From the NCBI GenBank assembly GCA_013265495.1, contig MU058423.1, forward strand, positions 2,495,061 through 2,559,060: DNA of 64,000 nucleotides, written 5' to 3'. Shown one piece after another: positions 26,466 to 39,100 of this stretch. The translations under genes and the position numbers were made by a program. The DNA comes from Vicugna vicugna. Lineage: Eukaryota. How positions within the stretch are numbered: position 1 is the first letter of the stretch; each line of letters begins with the position of its first letter. The notes under the pieces are model-generated. The model had not been told where the DNA came from, made no database searches, and saw only the letters and a program-made list of their open reading frames with translations.

Positions 26466-26860
26466 GGTGCTGCTGAAGGCGGTCTCAGTGGAGAGGCTTC
26501 CGAGAAACTGGGCTGGAAATTTATCCTCTGACCTGGAGGCGCAGGCGGGGCCGGAAGCACGCCCCCCTCTTCTCGACTCCGCCCCCAACCCGTCCCCAGC
26601 TCAGCAATGCCTTTGCCAGGTGCAGCCACAGACAGGAGGGAGTAAGATCTGTTTCTGCCTCCCACCCAGGGGGTCTCCAGAGTCAAGGTCTGAGCTCTTA
26701 GATGCCAAGGGCCGCTTGTGTGGGGCTGGACTGGTTCCGCCCCCAGGCAGATCTTGGCTAAGTTGGGGGAGTTAGCAGTGCGCTCAGGGAACTAGCCTAA
26801 ACCCAAACAAAACCAAGGCTCCTCCCCCTCCCCTTCCCTCTCAGGCTGCGCTCCTGGGCT
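26466..26860 (-). promoter_or_regulatory. Proximal promoter of GSTM B: GATAAA element near 26520-26525, GC boxes
   Basis: Homologous to the A and C promoters; GGCGGGGCCGGAAG and CCGCCCC motifs. Confidence 0.55.
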
Positions 26861-27943
26861 GCTGAGTTCCAGCAGGCTAAGTAAGGCTTCTACTACCAAG
26901 TTAAGGCCAACAGTGGTACCCCTCAAATGAGGAGTTTACAGCACCTGTTACAGGAAGACCTGGCCGTCAGGCAATCCTAAAGCTCCCCACAGCTGTTATG
27001 ATCCCTGACAGCCTCAAGTCTTCCAGAACAGACCATTATGTTGCTGGAAGAACCATCAGGTCAAAGGACAGAAAAAGGGAATGAGGTCTCAGTGGTGTCG
27101 TTCAGGGACTGTGGAGGACTCAGCCCCTCAATCATGGGGCTGAAAGTGATAATGATCAAATGTAAATTAATCAAGTGGTTTATGACCTCCATTGTGAATG
27201 TAAATCCAGAACCAGGCCCAGCAGAGAGGATATCCTGCAGGTGCAGCCCCAGAGATGTCCTGACAGCCAGCTAGATGTCCCTCACATGGGTACAGGGATG
27301 GGGAGTGTGGTTGGTCACAGAGGGAATGTGACACAGGGGAGAAGGAGCTGTCCTCGGAGCAGTCAGGTGGCTCACCTGCTGGAGAGGGTGGCCACACTTG
27401 GGTGACCAGCCAGGAGGTTGGAGGACTGCCCTCAGGACCACAGTCAGAGTGGGCCCAGCACACCCTCTGCTGCCCAGGGCCACGGATTCCAGCCCCGATC
27501 CTGGCCCCTGACCCCTGTGTGATTTTCTGTATGAGAGGCTGGCTCAGGTGTCCTTTGAAATCACTCTGTGATGTTTGACTTCTGTTACAACCCCCAAAAA
27601 GGCAATATCCTACTTCCCAAATTTTCCCTTGGAAGTTTGAAGCCATTTCAACATTAGGAGAGTAGGACACAGGTTGGCCTGTGGTTCCTTTCTCTGTTCA
27701 AAGGATGCTACAAATTAGTGGACATCTGAAAACAGATGAGAAGAACTTTAAAAAACAAATGAGATTTCAAGTTAAAATGCAAGATTGATGCACTAGAAAA
27801 ATAAGTTAAAACTAGGTAACATTTCCTTGGGATAGAAAGGTATGAACCCAGCATTCAGTAAAGATTGTAAACTACCAAGATAATATATGAAGTTGGGGTT
27901 GAGGAGACAGATAGACTTTAATTCACATTAAATCACAGAATCA

Positions 27944-28399
27944 AATACTCGCCCATAAAAAAGAATAAAATAATGCCATTGGCTGCAACATGGATGAACC
28001 TGGAGATGGTCATTCTAAGTGAAGGAAGCCGGAAAGAGAAAGAAAAACACCCACATGATATCACTTATACGTGGAAACTTTTTTAAAAAATGAACTTATT
28101 TACAAAACAGAAACAGACTCCCATACAAAACAAACTTATGTTTACTGGGTGTTGGTAGGGGGTAAGAAGGGATAAATTGGGAGGTTGAAATTTGCAGATA
28201 CTAACTACTATATATAAAATACATAAACAGAAAGTTTATACTGTATATAGCACAGGGAATTATATTCAATGTCTTGTAGTAACCTATAACAAACAAGAAT
28301 ATGAAAGCAAATATATATGTACCTGTGTGACTGAAACATTATGCTGTATACCAGGAACTGACAACACATGGTAAACTGACTGGACTTAAATAAAAAAAA
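27944..28399 (+). mobile_element. Truncated L1 3' end with A-tail and ~14-bp TSD (copy at 46020-46477)
   Basis: gcaacatggatgaacctggag...atatagcacagggaa...A-tail; flanked by aaatcacagaatca / aattcacagcgtca; absent at the homologous site in A and D. Confidence 0.85.
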
Positions 28400-28529
28400 A
28401 ATTCACAGCGTCAGAGGCCTACATGTCTCTAAGTTGGGGAGCCGGGAGAGAGTGTCACCAGAGACCAGCAGAGCTCGGGCCCTGTGGCAGATGCTCCTCA
28501 GACACTCCTGGAGGGCTCCAGGCTGGGTC

Positions 28530-29095
28530 TATTAGATAGTTAGGTAAGTGGGGGCACTGGGCAGATGGGTAGAGGAGAGGCAGGACGGTCCGAAAGATGG
28601 CGTTATGCCCGCCTCCAGCACCAAGGGACTTTACTTCTAAATGAGCTCCAGCAAGAAACCCATTAGAACCCGACAGCTGCAACTGCTCACTAGCAAGAAG
28701 GACTTAGCGAAACATGACCTAATACTCACTGTAATATATTCACGCTGCGGTTTAGGACCACCACCCCACCCGCTGCCCTCGCCTTGGGTTTTCCTGTGTA
28801 CACCATCGGTAAGGACATGCGCAAAGGGGTCAAACATGACTAAGCATTCCAGGGGCAAGAGCCCAGAATCAAGAGACCACCTCTGGGCGAGGGTATAAGA
28901 GAAAGGACAAAACAAAGACCACTGCAACTCCCCCTTAGATCAGCCCGCCCCCCATTGTGGGAGCTGTACTTTTCTTTTTCTAAATAAATCCTCTAAACAC
29001 TTTCACTACACAATTCTCTCCAGTACCTGCCTGTAATCTTGTCTTTCAGGTAAGACAAAGACTGGGATCTTTCCTCCTTACCTTTTGGGGAAACA
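28530..29095 (+). mobile_element. Solo ERV1-type LTR about 2 kb upstream of gene B (copy at 46608-47173 upstream of C)
   Basis: 566-bp insert relative to A/D; TATTAG...AACA ends, TATAA at 28894, AATAAA at 28983. Confidence 0.75.
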
Positions 29096-31233
29096 GGCAC
29101 AGGCTCAGGATGCGGCTCAGGATGCAGCTCAGGGTCAGGCAGATGCTCTTGTCGGTCTGTCCACAAGGAGGTGAAGGCCACCATGCACACACAAACGTGC
29201 TGCCCCTCTGACTAGTCATGTTTTTCATAACACATTAAGGAGCTGTCATTGCGAGTTTTCTACATCTTGAACTTGGAACAGAAACATGACTAGATTCCAC
29301 CGAGAAAATGGCTTTTTAAAAATAATGTTAAACAGCATAAGAACATTTAAACTACTTAGAACAGATACTGTTCTGTGAGCATTCATGCATCCAGCCATTC
29401 CTTTTTGATAAGACAGTCATTGAGATGTTGTCACCTGGCAGACACCGTGAGTAAGACAGTCCTGGGTAGCAAGTGCTGGCCATCAGCTGGGAAATACAGG
29501 GAGACATTCTTAAAATATAAAACAAGTTTTAAGTGTTGAAACACTGAGAGGCAGTGAGAGAGAGGGACGTTGAATGCAAGAGAAACAGGAGATATCTGGT
29601 AGGACAAGGAACTTTGGAGACAAGAGCAAAGGTGGCCCCACCAGAAGGAAGAGGACAGTCGTGCAGAAGGAGGAGCAGGGCTGGCCCAGCAGACACAGAT
29701 GCAGATGATCACACAGCAGGTGCAGCGGGTCTGGGAAGGGCAAGAGGGGGCAGTGGGGACCAGGGAGAGTGGAGAGTGGGCTCAAGGGGGTCACTGCAGC
29801 CAGTGGCTGCCTGGCTGAGATTCAGTGCCAGTGTTGCCGCATCTTCTGAATTTCCACGTGCTCTCTCTTGACTGTACAGTGTTGACAAGTCCTCATATTT
29901 TACAGAACGCTGTGTAGTACATCAAAACGTACTGTGTCCAACAACCAGTCCAGCAGGCCTGCCTCTAGTGTGACTCTGGGCTGCATTCCATACTTCCCTC
30001 CAGCTGCACTGCAGACCTTCTGAACGCTCAAGTACGGTAACAGAAATTCTACGTGATGTAGCCTCAGAGCAAAGTACTGTTAGAAATAAGTACAAAAAGT
30101 AGAATTAAAAGGTGTCCTACGTCTTGTTATTTTTTTACAGACTTGTCCATGTAATCATAGGATATCCAGGATCAAAGAACATTTTTTAATCTGAAAATAA
30201 GAAATTAAAAGTAACCAAGGAGAACTTACTGTGAAATTGTATACTAGACAAAAATTTTTTACTTGTTTATATTATTTTTGAATAAGGAAAGGCAGACAAA
30301 CTTGGGCTGAAAATATTTAGAGAAGGAAACAAGTTCAAGATAAAAAAATACAGAAAATAAAAAACAAGAAGAGAAATTCCACATTAAAATCAGTGTACTT
30401 TTGTGAAACCGTTAGTTGATCCTCTGAAAACATTAGCTATGTCAATGCAAAATTAGTCTAGTAACAAAAACGAAAGGCTATAAGTTAATGAAAATCAGGG
30501 CTGAGAAAGAAACCTAAAAATCAGTCAAACAATTTCTAAAACTGGGGAAATATTTCTCTCAGGTGACGGCTAATTAATGTTAAAATTAAACACAACAAAC
30601 AGAAAAAACACAAAATATCAAAAGATGTGTTAAAGAGCTAAAGATCTTGAATAAAGTAACAAGAGCATCTTAAAGAAAAAATAACACAAAAGGACACGGT
30701 TCTGGAATTTTCTGGAAATTTTTTCAAAACCTCAAAGCAGGAATACTTTACATAAATCATCACACACTACAGACGAGTGTGGCCTGATGCCTTAACCCGC
30801 AAAGGACAACACAGGTGAGGATGAGTATAAATCACTGTCACTTATGAACTAAAGCCAAACGTCAGCGATAATATCTTAGAGGCCAGAATGTGCTGTTTCA
30901 GTGTCAAGGCCTGTGTGCTCAGAGCGGGGAGCATTTGAGAAACAGAGAGAAGACAGAGGGAGCAGGAGTGGGAGAGGGAGGAGGAAGCTGTGCGGAAAGG
31001 TACCATCTGGGGTCTACGGAAGCTCTGTGTCTTACCTGAAAGTTTTCCAGAAGTCTCATCCAGCAAGCCTCACAAAAATACATTTGCCACATGACCCAAG
31101 ACATACATGGATACATTATTAAGGGAAATGAAAGTTTCATCAAGGAAGATTTACCTCAACGACCTATGTTCCACTCTGATTTTTTTAAATTCTATTCTTT
31201 AAAAAAAAAAATGCTAATCTCTATCCAATACTT

Positions 31234-31360
31234 CAGTTGTCTCAACTGGGGGCGATTTTGCCCCTCAGAGATATTTGGCAAAGTCTATGAACACTTTGGA
31301 TGGTCACAAGGATGGGAAGGGCTACCGGTATCTAGGGGATGAGTGCTTGGGAATGCTGCT
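31234..31360 (+). mobile_element. MER20, cut off at the duplication junction
   Basis: cagttgtctcaactgggggcgattttgcccc...gctaccggtatctaggggatgag...atgctgct, then an abrupt switch. Confidence 0.75.
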
Positions 31361-34290
31361 GACAGGGATGGGCCCAGAGCACAGGTGGCCCCACCAGAAG
31401 GAAGAGGACAGTTGTGCAGAAGGAGGAGCGGGACTGGCCCAGCAGACTCTCAAACAGTCCCACAGATGCAGAGGACCAGACTGTGTGTGCAGCGGGTCTG
31501 GGAAGAGCAATATGGGGCCGTGGGACCAGGGAGAGCAGACAGTGGGCTGAAGCTTGTGACTGTAGCCAGTGGCTGCCTGGCTGAGATTCAATGCCAGCGT
31601 TGCCACATTTTCTGGATTTGCATGTGCTCTCTCTTGACTGTACAATGTTGACAAGTTCCAATATTTTACAGAACTCCCTGTGCAGGACATCAAAACATAC
31701 CGCGTCCAAAGTCCAGTCCCCCGGGCCTGCCTCTAGTCTGACTCTGGGCTGCATCCCCTAATTCCCTCCAGCTGCACTGCTGACCTTCTGAACTCTCCAG
31801 AAATTCTGTATGAAATAGCCTCAGTATACAAAACTGTATGTATAGAAATAAACACAAAAGGTAGAATTAAAATCTGTCTTACTTCTTAATATTCTTTTTT
31901 TCTTTAATCATTTAAAAATTTTGTCTGTGTAAGCTTAGGAAATCCAATATAAAAAGCATTTCTTTAATCGAAAAATAAGAAAATAAAAATAACCATCGAC
32001 AAGATACTGCCAAATTATATATTACACAAAAGTTTTCTACTGGCTCATAATATTTTGAATAAATAAAGCCAAACTAGGGTTGCTAGAATTTAGAAAAGTA
32101 ACCAAGTTCAAGATGAAAAATACAGAAAACAAGAAATACTACTAATAAGAAACATTTCCCGTTTAAACAAATGTGTTCAAACTTCATTTTGAACTGTCTT
32201 CATTACCACATGTTGCCTCTTTTTTTAAGGAGTGAGCTATTTTGTTCTTCTTTTAGAATCACCTTTTACATTACGCATCTACAATTCTAGCTTTAATATA
32301 GCTCTCCCCTTTTACTTTGAGGGTCTAAATCAGGAGTCGGGGCACTGAGGCCACCTGGTTATGAGGTTATGAGGGGACAGCCCCATCCACTCCCTTATGT
32401 CTGTGGCTGCTTTCACACCACAATGATAAGGGTGAGCAACTCTATCGGAGACCTTATGCCCACAAAGCCAAAAATATTTACTGACTTATCAGTTTCATTA
32501 ACTTTTAGCTTTTACTGGACTTTTTTATGTTACCAGTTTTATACATATATAATTTTTTTAACTACTCTTTCTCTTTTAAAGACTTTTAACATTATTCCAA
32601 CTGTTCCCTTTTTATTTAATTACCAGAAGAAGTGACTGTGTGTGCAAATACCCAGCAGGACTCTTCTCCAAAGCTTCTCCCTGTTTTGAACTAAGAATCG
32701 AGGCTCGGCCTTAAGAAGGCCTGACTCCACATTCCAGCCACTGTTTGAGGAATCTGCTAATCACATGGTCACCTGATGAGTCCTGCTGCTTTGCTGGTCC
32801 CCTAACATAAAATGCCCACACCACCTCCTGACTGCATAGGCTGACTATGCTCTGGCCCAGCACCCTACACCTGCCCATTTCAGGTCAAGTTATTTAATGG
32901 GCAGCTACAGTCTATTAATGCTTAAGTTAGAGGGAGCCAATGACTTTGCCCCAGACTTGTAGATTTAAATTTTCTGAATTTTGTTAACTACATTCAGAGC
33001 TCTGAATCCTTATAATGGCTGTAGAGTTTGCCAAGGTTTTTTGTGGGGGAGGAGGGCGTGGTGGGGGGGAAATAGGTTTATTTAGTTATTTTGAATGTCA
33101 ATACTAGGAAATGAACCCAGAACCATGTGCATGCTACGTGTGCACTCTACCACTGAGCTATACCCTACCCCCCAGGGTTTTAACTATGAATAATTCTTTC
33201 AAATTTTCCACCTTTCATCAAACACTTACTATGAACCAGGCAGTGTCATAGATACAAGGGATATGAAATCAAGTAAGACATGGATTCTCTCTTCAATGAA
33301 TTTGTGGTCAATTTAGAAAGAAAAACAAGTAAAACAATTATAATACAGTGGGATGGGATTCACTGAGATACATTATAAGAGCACAGAGGGAGGGTATCTA
33401 AAGCAGGGGAAGCTCTGGGAAAGGGTGAGAGAAGGTAGTCCACTGGAATCCCACACCAGCAGTGAACTGCTCACCCCTTTCCCTGGCACCCAAAAGCCCC
33501 CTGAACCATGACACAGAGTACTACAAGCCTACAGGAGGTGTCCCATGAATGCTGAATTAAGGAGGGAACCAGGTATAGAAGCCCCCCACCACCACCTTCT
33601 GGAGAGACCCCACGCTAAGGAACAGAGGTACATGAAGCAAAGACAGAAATGAGCAGGAAACATTATAATCCTCTGTCCCCTGTCCCCACCACACACGCAT
33701 CCCCACCCATGGGGCCCATGAAATGGACAACAGAAGGGAAAAATGACACCCACACACACCCAACACAGTCAGTCGTGAGTCCAGAGAGCCAGGAAGGAAT
33801 AAAACAGGACACAGCAGGTATGGGTAAGGCTTTACTGGGGTAAGACAGGGCTGGGCAGGAACTACACTGGGAAGCAGGCCCTGCACGCAGGCCACTACTG
33901 GTCTTCAGGGCAGTGCCGGGAGCTGAGAGCAGGGCTCCATGGGCCTGGGGTCTGCTTGGGCTTCTCATACCAGAAACCACCGTGGAAGGGGAGGATCACG
34001 GGTTGGCATTAGTGCAGGAGGGATAACGTGGGGAGGGGAGGAATTTGCTGAAGAGAAGTTGGGAGCTGAAGCTTTAAAGGATGGATGGAAGGGGATTGGG
34101 AGGGACATAGGGGGCCAATAAGGCATCTAGAGTGAATAGAAGGAGAAAGAAAAAGACAGATGGTCTTGGGGGTGCAGGGAGGTCCGGCTGTTCTCCAGGG
34201 CCCTGGCGCCGCAAGCACAGCGCTGGCTCCGCACTCCGGCTCCTGCTCTTCCAGGGCACTACTTGTTGCCCCACGTGGCCATCTTTGAGA
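31361..34290 (+). repeat. Segmental duplication: copy of 18513-~21290 (intergenic region plus 3' flank and UTR)
   Basis: Starts gacagggatgggcccagagc, identical to 18513; alternating near-identical and divergent blocks. Confidence 0.9.
33041..33171 (-). mobile_element. tRNA-Ala-derived SINE (camelid Vic-1-like) with ~10-bp TSD
   Basis: Revcomp GGGGTAGGGTATAGCTCAGTGGTAGAGTGCACACGTAGCATGCACATGGTTCTGGGTTCATTTCCTAGTA has A/B boxes; TSD ccaaggtttt/ccagggtttt; empty site in the paralog near 20180. Confidence 0.8.
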
Positions 34291-36159
34291 ATGGAGGGTT
34301 TGGGAGGAAGCGGCTGGACTTCATGTAGGCAGAGATCTTCTTCAGGCCCTGAGGGAGGGAAAAAGAAGGCCAGACCTCAGGTCTGCTGCCCCACTGGGGC
34401 TCAAGGAGCTCTACACAAGTTTGGGACCCTGGTACAGCCCTTCCACGTGGGGTCATGTGTTGGGGCAAAAGACAGCCTTCTGGGTTCCCCAGCCCTGGAA
34501 AATTAACACTTGCTATTTCCTATAATTAATGCAATGTCTTAATAAGACTGACCACACATGGAGACTCTACACTGTGGTAGGTGCTGTGCATCCACTAGAG
34601 ATGACAATGTACCTTTAGAATCTCTACGTGACTACCCGACAAGAGAGGTTGTACTGTCACCATTCATTAGAAGAAAACCTGAGGCCCACAGAGCTTAAGC
34701 ACCTCCCTCCTGCTCACACAGTTCATAAGTAACATGGTTAGAATGCAGCCTGGCTCTCTCACTCTCTCTCTCCATCCTCAGATCTTCTGCCGCACTCCCT
34801 TCCTCATAGCTGTAAACAAAAAGACCCGAGAGGCTCACCCACCATCTGGTTATTCAAAAGATTAAGTCACAACCCCACCAACATTGTGCCCAGAGGGGAA
34901 TTCAGGATGGAGATAAACAGGATGAAACATTCTATTTTTTGGATGCAGGGCCCCTAGACAGTTAAGATGCAATCTAGGGAGGAATTTCAATGACTCAGAT
35001 TCCTGCATCGTCCCATACATAGAAAAGCACTGACATCATTAACTTGAGATATTTGTTTTCTGATGTAGGAGTAATCTTTTACCAAGATATGTCATTGACT
35101 ACGTTTATTTCCCAAGCCTCCTCCCCTTCCTGTTGAGAGCAGTTCCTCAGAGCTATCTGAGAGGCTGTCTCCCAGGCTATAATCCTTACTAAGTTCCTCC
35201 AAATAAAACTGAAACTCACTGCTTTACACTGTGTGGGTTTTCTATCCAGCTGACTCTTGGCGACCACAGAGGGACCGTGGCTGACTCCTTCACTCCACCA
35301 TAACTTTACAAGGATCTGGGGCCTTGGTACCAGCAAGGCTCTTGTGCTCATTCTCTTCTCTGCATGTCCAGATGAATTTGGGTGAGTCTCTCCTGATCTC
35401 AGCTCTCCCATCGATGGTTGATAATCCTGAGTTTTATTTGTGGTGGATGAAAAAGCTGCCTGATTTCTCAGATGAGTGATGCTGAGAAAGTGCCTGGTTG
35501 ACAGACTCTGGGAAGTTTCAGACTAGTAGATTAGGTAAGGGGCCACTTGGCACCTTTCCTCAAATTGACTGTCTTAACAGATTTGTTGGCACAAAAGTGA
35601 AGATACCATATGAGAGCTCTTAGTTCCAAAAATAAGGAACATATCTCCTCCTGGTCAAGTATGACTTTCTTAGGCAACTGAGAAGCCTGTGGGAGTGGTG
35701 GAGTGCAGTCCACACAGCATGCAGCAGTCCCTTAGGGAAACGCACTCCTTCATTTAAAGAAACTCGCCCATCAGAGGACGCACACAAACATTTGGCCATC
35801 TAGTGTTCACAGTGCCCACAGTGATTTTAGACTGTCAGAGGGAGACACGTACAAGAGCTGAAATGACTCTGGGCTGACACTTCCAGGAGTTAAGCTCACA
35901 AACAGCACACTGGCCCACCACACACACTTATCAATAATAATTTTACCCTGATAAACTGACCTTGAAATGCACAACAATGTTTTCTACACAAAAGAAACAG
36001 GGGTGACACACTGCTAACCTCCGACTAACCCCTCAGCCAGGTTCAGGTACATTAGGTATGAATCTTACACTTGCAAGTACTTAGTTAATTGGGTAAACAT
36101 TACCAAAGGAGATTCCATTCTGAAATAGCTAAAATGGGGTTCTTTTGACATTCCAGAAT

Positions 36160-36198
<39 letters not shown>

Positions 36199-39100
36199 CT
36201 AGAGGAAGCAGGCTATAACATCAAACAGACTGAATGGGATGCTTATTTTGACTGGTATCTAGAAACTTCTAAAAGGAGAAATGATAAAATAACTTCTTTG
36301 CAGGAAACCAACAAAAAAAAACTGCTTGAAAGTCTATCAGACATCTAAAAAGGCCCCTGAAGCTGACCCTGCTCTCCATTGCTCCTCCCTGTTCCTCTAA
36401 ATGTCCACTGCAATGTTCTGCTTCTTGGTATTCGTCCCTCTCTGAACTTCCTTTTTATGACACCAAAATTGATGAAAGCAACAATAATTCAAAAGGCTTG
36501 GCAAAAATGTGATTATTTTGACCAAAATAAGATTAAAAACATTTTTCTTTCTAAAATTCTGAGCTTAAGAAAACAAAAGCCCTTTTAGGGGGAACTTTCA
36601 TCACCTCCCTGTGCCGTCGAGATGCAAATGTTCTACCTGCTCCTGTTAGGCATCTTCTCCTGTGCTTTGAGAGCCTGGTCTGCCATCAGGTACTTAACAA
36701 CCCTGTACATTGGCAGCCAGTTGAGGAGACTGGGATTCCGAGGACTTTCTTTGTCCAGCTGTGCCAGCTTTTAGGGAAATTTGTCATAAGTGGTCCCTGT
36801 TCATAAGGGGCTTTCTTGTCTCACCTTCATTGCATCTGTCTGTACAACAAACGCCTTTACTTTCTTCGACTTCATTTGGGAAGAAACTTCCTGGATCTTT
36901 TGCAAGCTGCCTCCTTTGCACTCTCCTGTGGGGATGCCGCTTGCATCTTACTGGTTTTAATCACTACGAGGATATCCTAACAATGGATCCTTTAAATTAG
37001 AAAACCTTGGAAATTGTAAATTTTTAAGAGACCTCTCATTGTAAACAGCTGTTTTATTGGTACCTATGAAAGACGAAATTAAAAAGCAGATACAAAGAAA
37101 TATAACGGCTAACCTTAAAACAAAGAAACAAACTGAGAAGCCTCATTTGTGGTATTAGCTTCCCCTCAATGGGTCTTACAGATACTAATAAAACATTAGG
37201 ATAACTAACGTTAATCAGGTTGATTAACAAGGGACTAGGTAAAAGCCTAGGGGAAAGTCAACGGATCTCTTCCTAACAAGGTGGAAATTTTAAAGGGACT
37301 GGTTCCAGCAGGATGGAACCTTTAGATAGTTATTAAGGAATGGGATAAATCAAACAGTCTTTGATGGGATTAAAACAAATGTTTTGATACAATATTCCCT
37401 AAGGTTGGATTGGCCACAGGGACCCCTACTGGTCCCCTCAACATTAAGGGGCCACAAACAACTCTATTGACTCCAGTTTAAAAGAAAATTTTAAGGGAAG
37501 AAGGAAAAAAAATTACACTGAGATACGGGACCAACAATTCTTTGGGGAACAGTTAGGTCAATTAATCCAGTTAAAGACCGATAAAATGGCTTGGGTCCCT
37601 TGGCTCAACCCCACACTGGGGACCTCAAAGCCTTTACAAAGAAATGGATAAAATGCCTGGGGGATAAAAAGGAATATTTGTAGGATTCCTCATAAGACCA
37701 AGATTTGATAACAGGGTTCTAATGAAGGGTAGGGTTAAAGGTATAAGAGTTGATAGAAGTGGGATGAAAGTTTATTTTAAAAATTGGTGTCTTTGAATTA
37801 GCTTTATATAAGATGTTTACATCTCTTTTGCCTGATTATATTGCAGGGATGTACATTATGTCTCACTGGAGAAAGTTTCACCTGCCTGGTGCTATAAGAC
37901 AGAGCATATAAATCTGCCCCTCTGACAATGCTAATTATATGTAATAAAGGAAACTAATATGAGTTTAAACCTTGGGGCTATTATTCAGGGGCTAATTAAA
38001 GCAATAATGTAATTTTGCTTTGTTTTGCTTTTACCCCTAGGATAAATTGGTCTGGGTTTGATTTGTGCACTCAAAGAGGGCTTTTGTCAATTGCCTTGTG
38101 CAAACATTTGAAGTCATGATACATTGATCCCTAAAGCTCTAGAATGTAGAAGTCTTTTGATTTCCAGTTTAGATGGAAATTTCCCTGCTGATACAAGAAG
38201 CAAATTAAAGAAAATACATTAGGACAAATCAATCTTTTGGTATCATTTCGGTGTCACCCACTGACAGTGCCCCCTGAGGCGAATTCAGGATGGAGATAAA
38301 CAGGATGACACATTCTTTGTTTTGGATATAGGGCCCCCTTAGAGAGTTAGGATCCATATCTAAGAAAGAATTTCACTACTCAGATTCCTGCATCTTCCTA
38401 TACATAGAAAAGCACTAAAATCATTAGATACTCGTTTTTTCAGTGATTAGCAGTAATCTTTTCCCAACGGGCACACTTGAGTACACATATGTCTCAGCCA
38501 AAATTCATATACATACTATTTCCTCATCCAACCCTTCAGAGCAGTTCCTCAGAGCTATGTGACAGGCTGTCTCCTGGGCTACAGGCCTCAGTAATTTCCC
38601 CAAAGAAAACTGAAAATCATTGCTCGTAAGTTTATGGGTTTCCTTTTTTGTTCCAATCAACATCTCCCTACAGAGGGACTTGTCCTTCTCATTCTGAAAA
38701 ATATTCTCTTTTTCAAAAGGAGGCTCCTGGCTTCCCAGACTTTGGCCACAGAGGGACCTCTAGCTCACAAAGGAGCTCAGAAAGTGCCTGAGAAGCTTGC
38801 AGAACACACCAGGTCTCACCCTATGACTCAGCAAAACTTGGATGAAAGGTGATAGGAGGGTAGGAACCAGCAAGACCAGGTCAGGCTCTAATAATTCCAC
38901 TTAAAACACAGAATTCAACTGCCTGGCCTGACAACTGAGCCAACTCGCTGGGCCGCATCCTACCCCATCCCCAGTCTTGCTGCAGCCAACTCAGCAGTAT
39001 GACACTTAGGTGTATCTGTGCACCATCTTCCCAAGACTGAGAGTGTCCAATACATTATAAGATGCAAAGAACATGGGACTGTGTGTACCCAACAGCTCAG

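Larger units (their letters stand above)
26845..31360 (+). repeat. Segmental duplication copy 1 (partner 44921-49431)
   Basis: Nearly base-identical to the partner up to about 30050, somewhat more divergent thereafter; ORF track entries repeat at about 18.08 kb offset. Confidence 0.95.

Noticed and set aside
33100..33171. tRNA-Ala gene
   Set aside because: Degenerate, followed by a SINE tail, flanked by a TSD and absent from the paralogous site, so it is a SINE.
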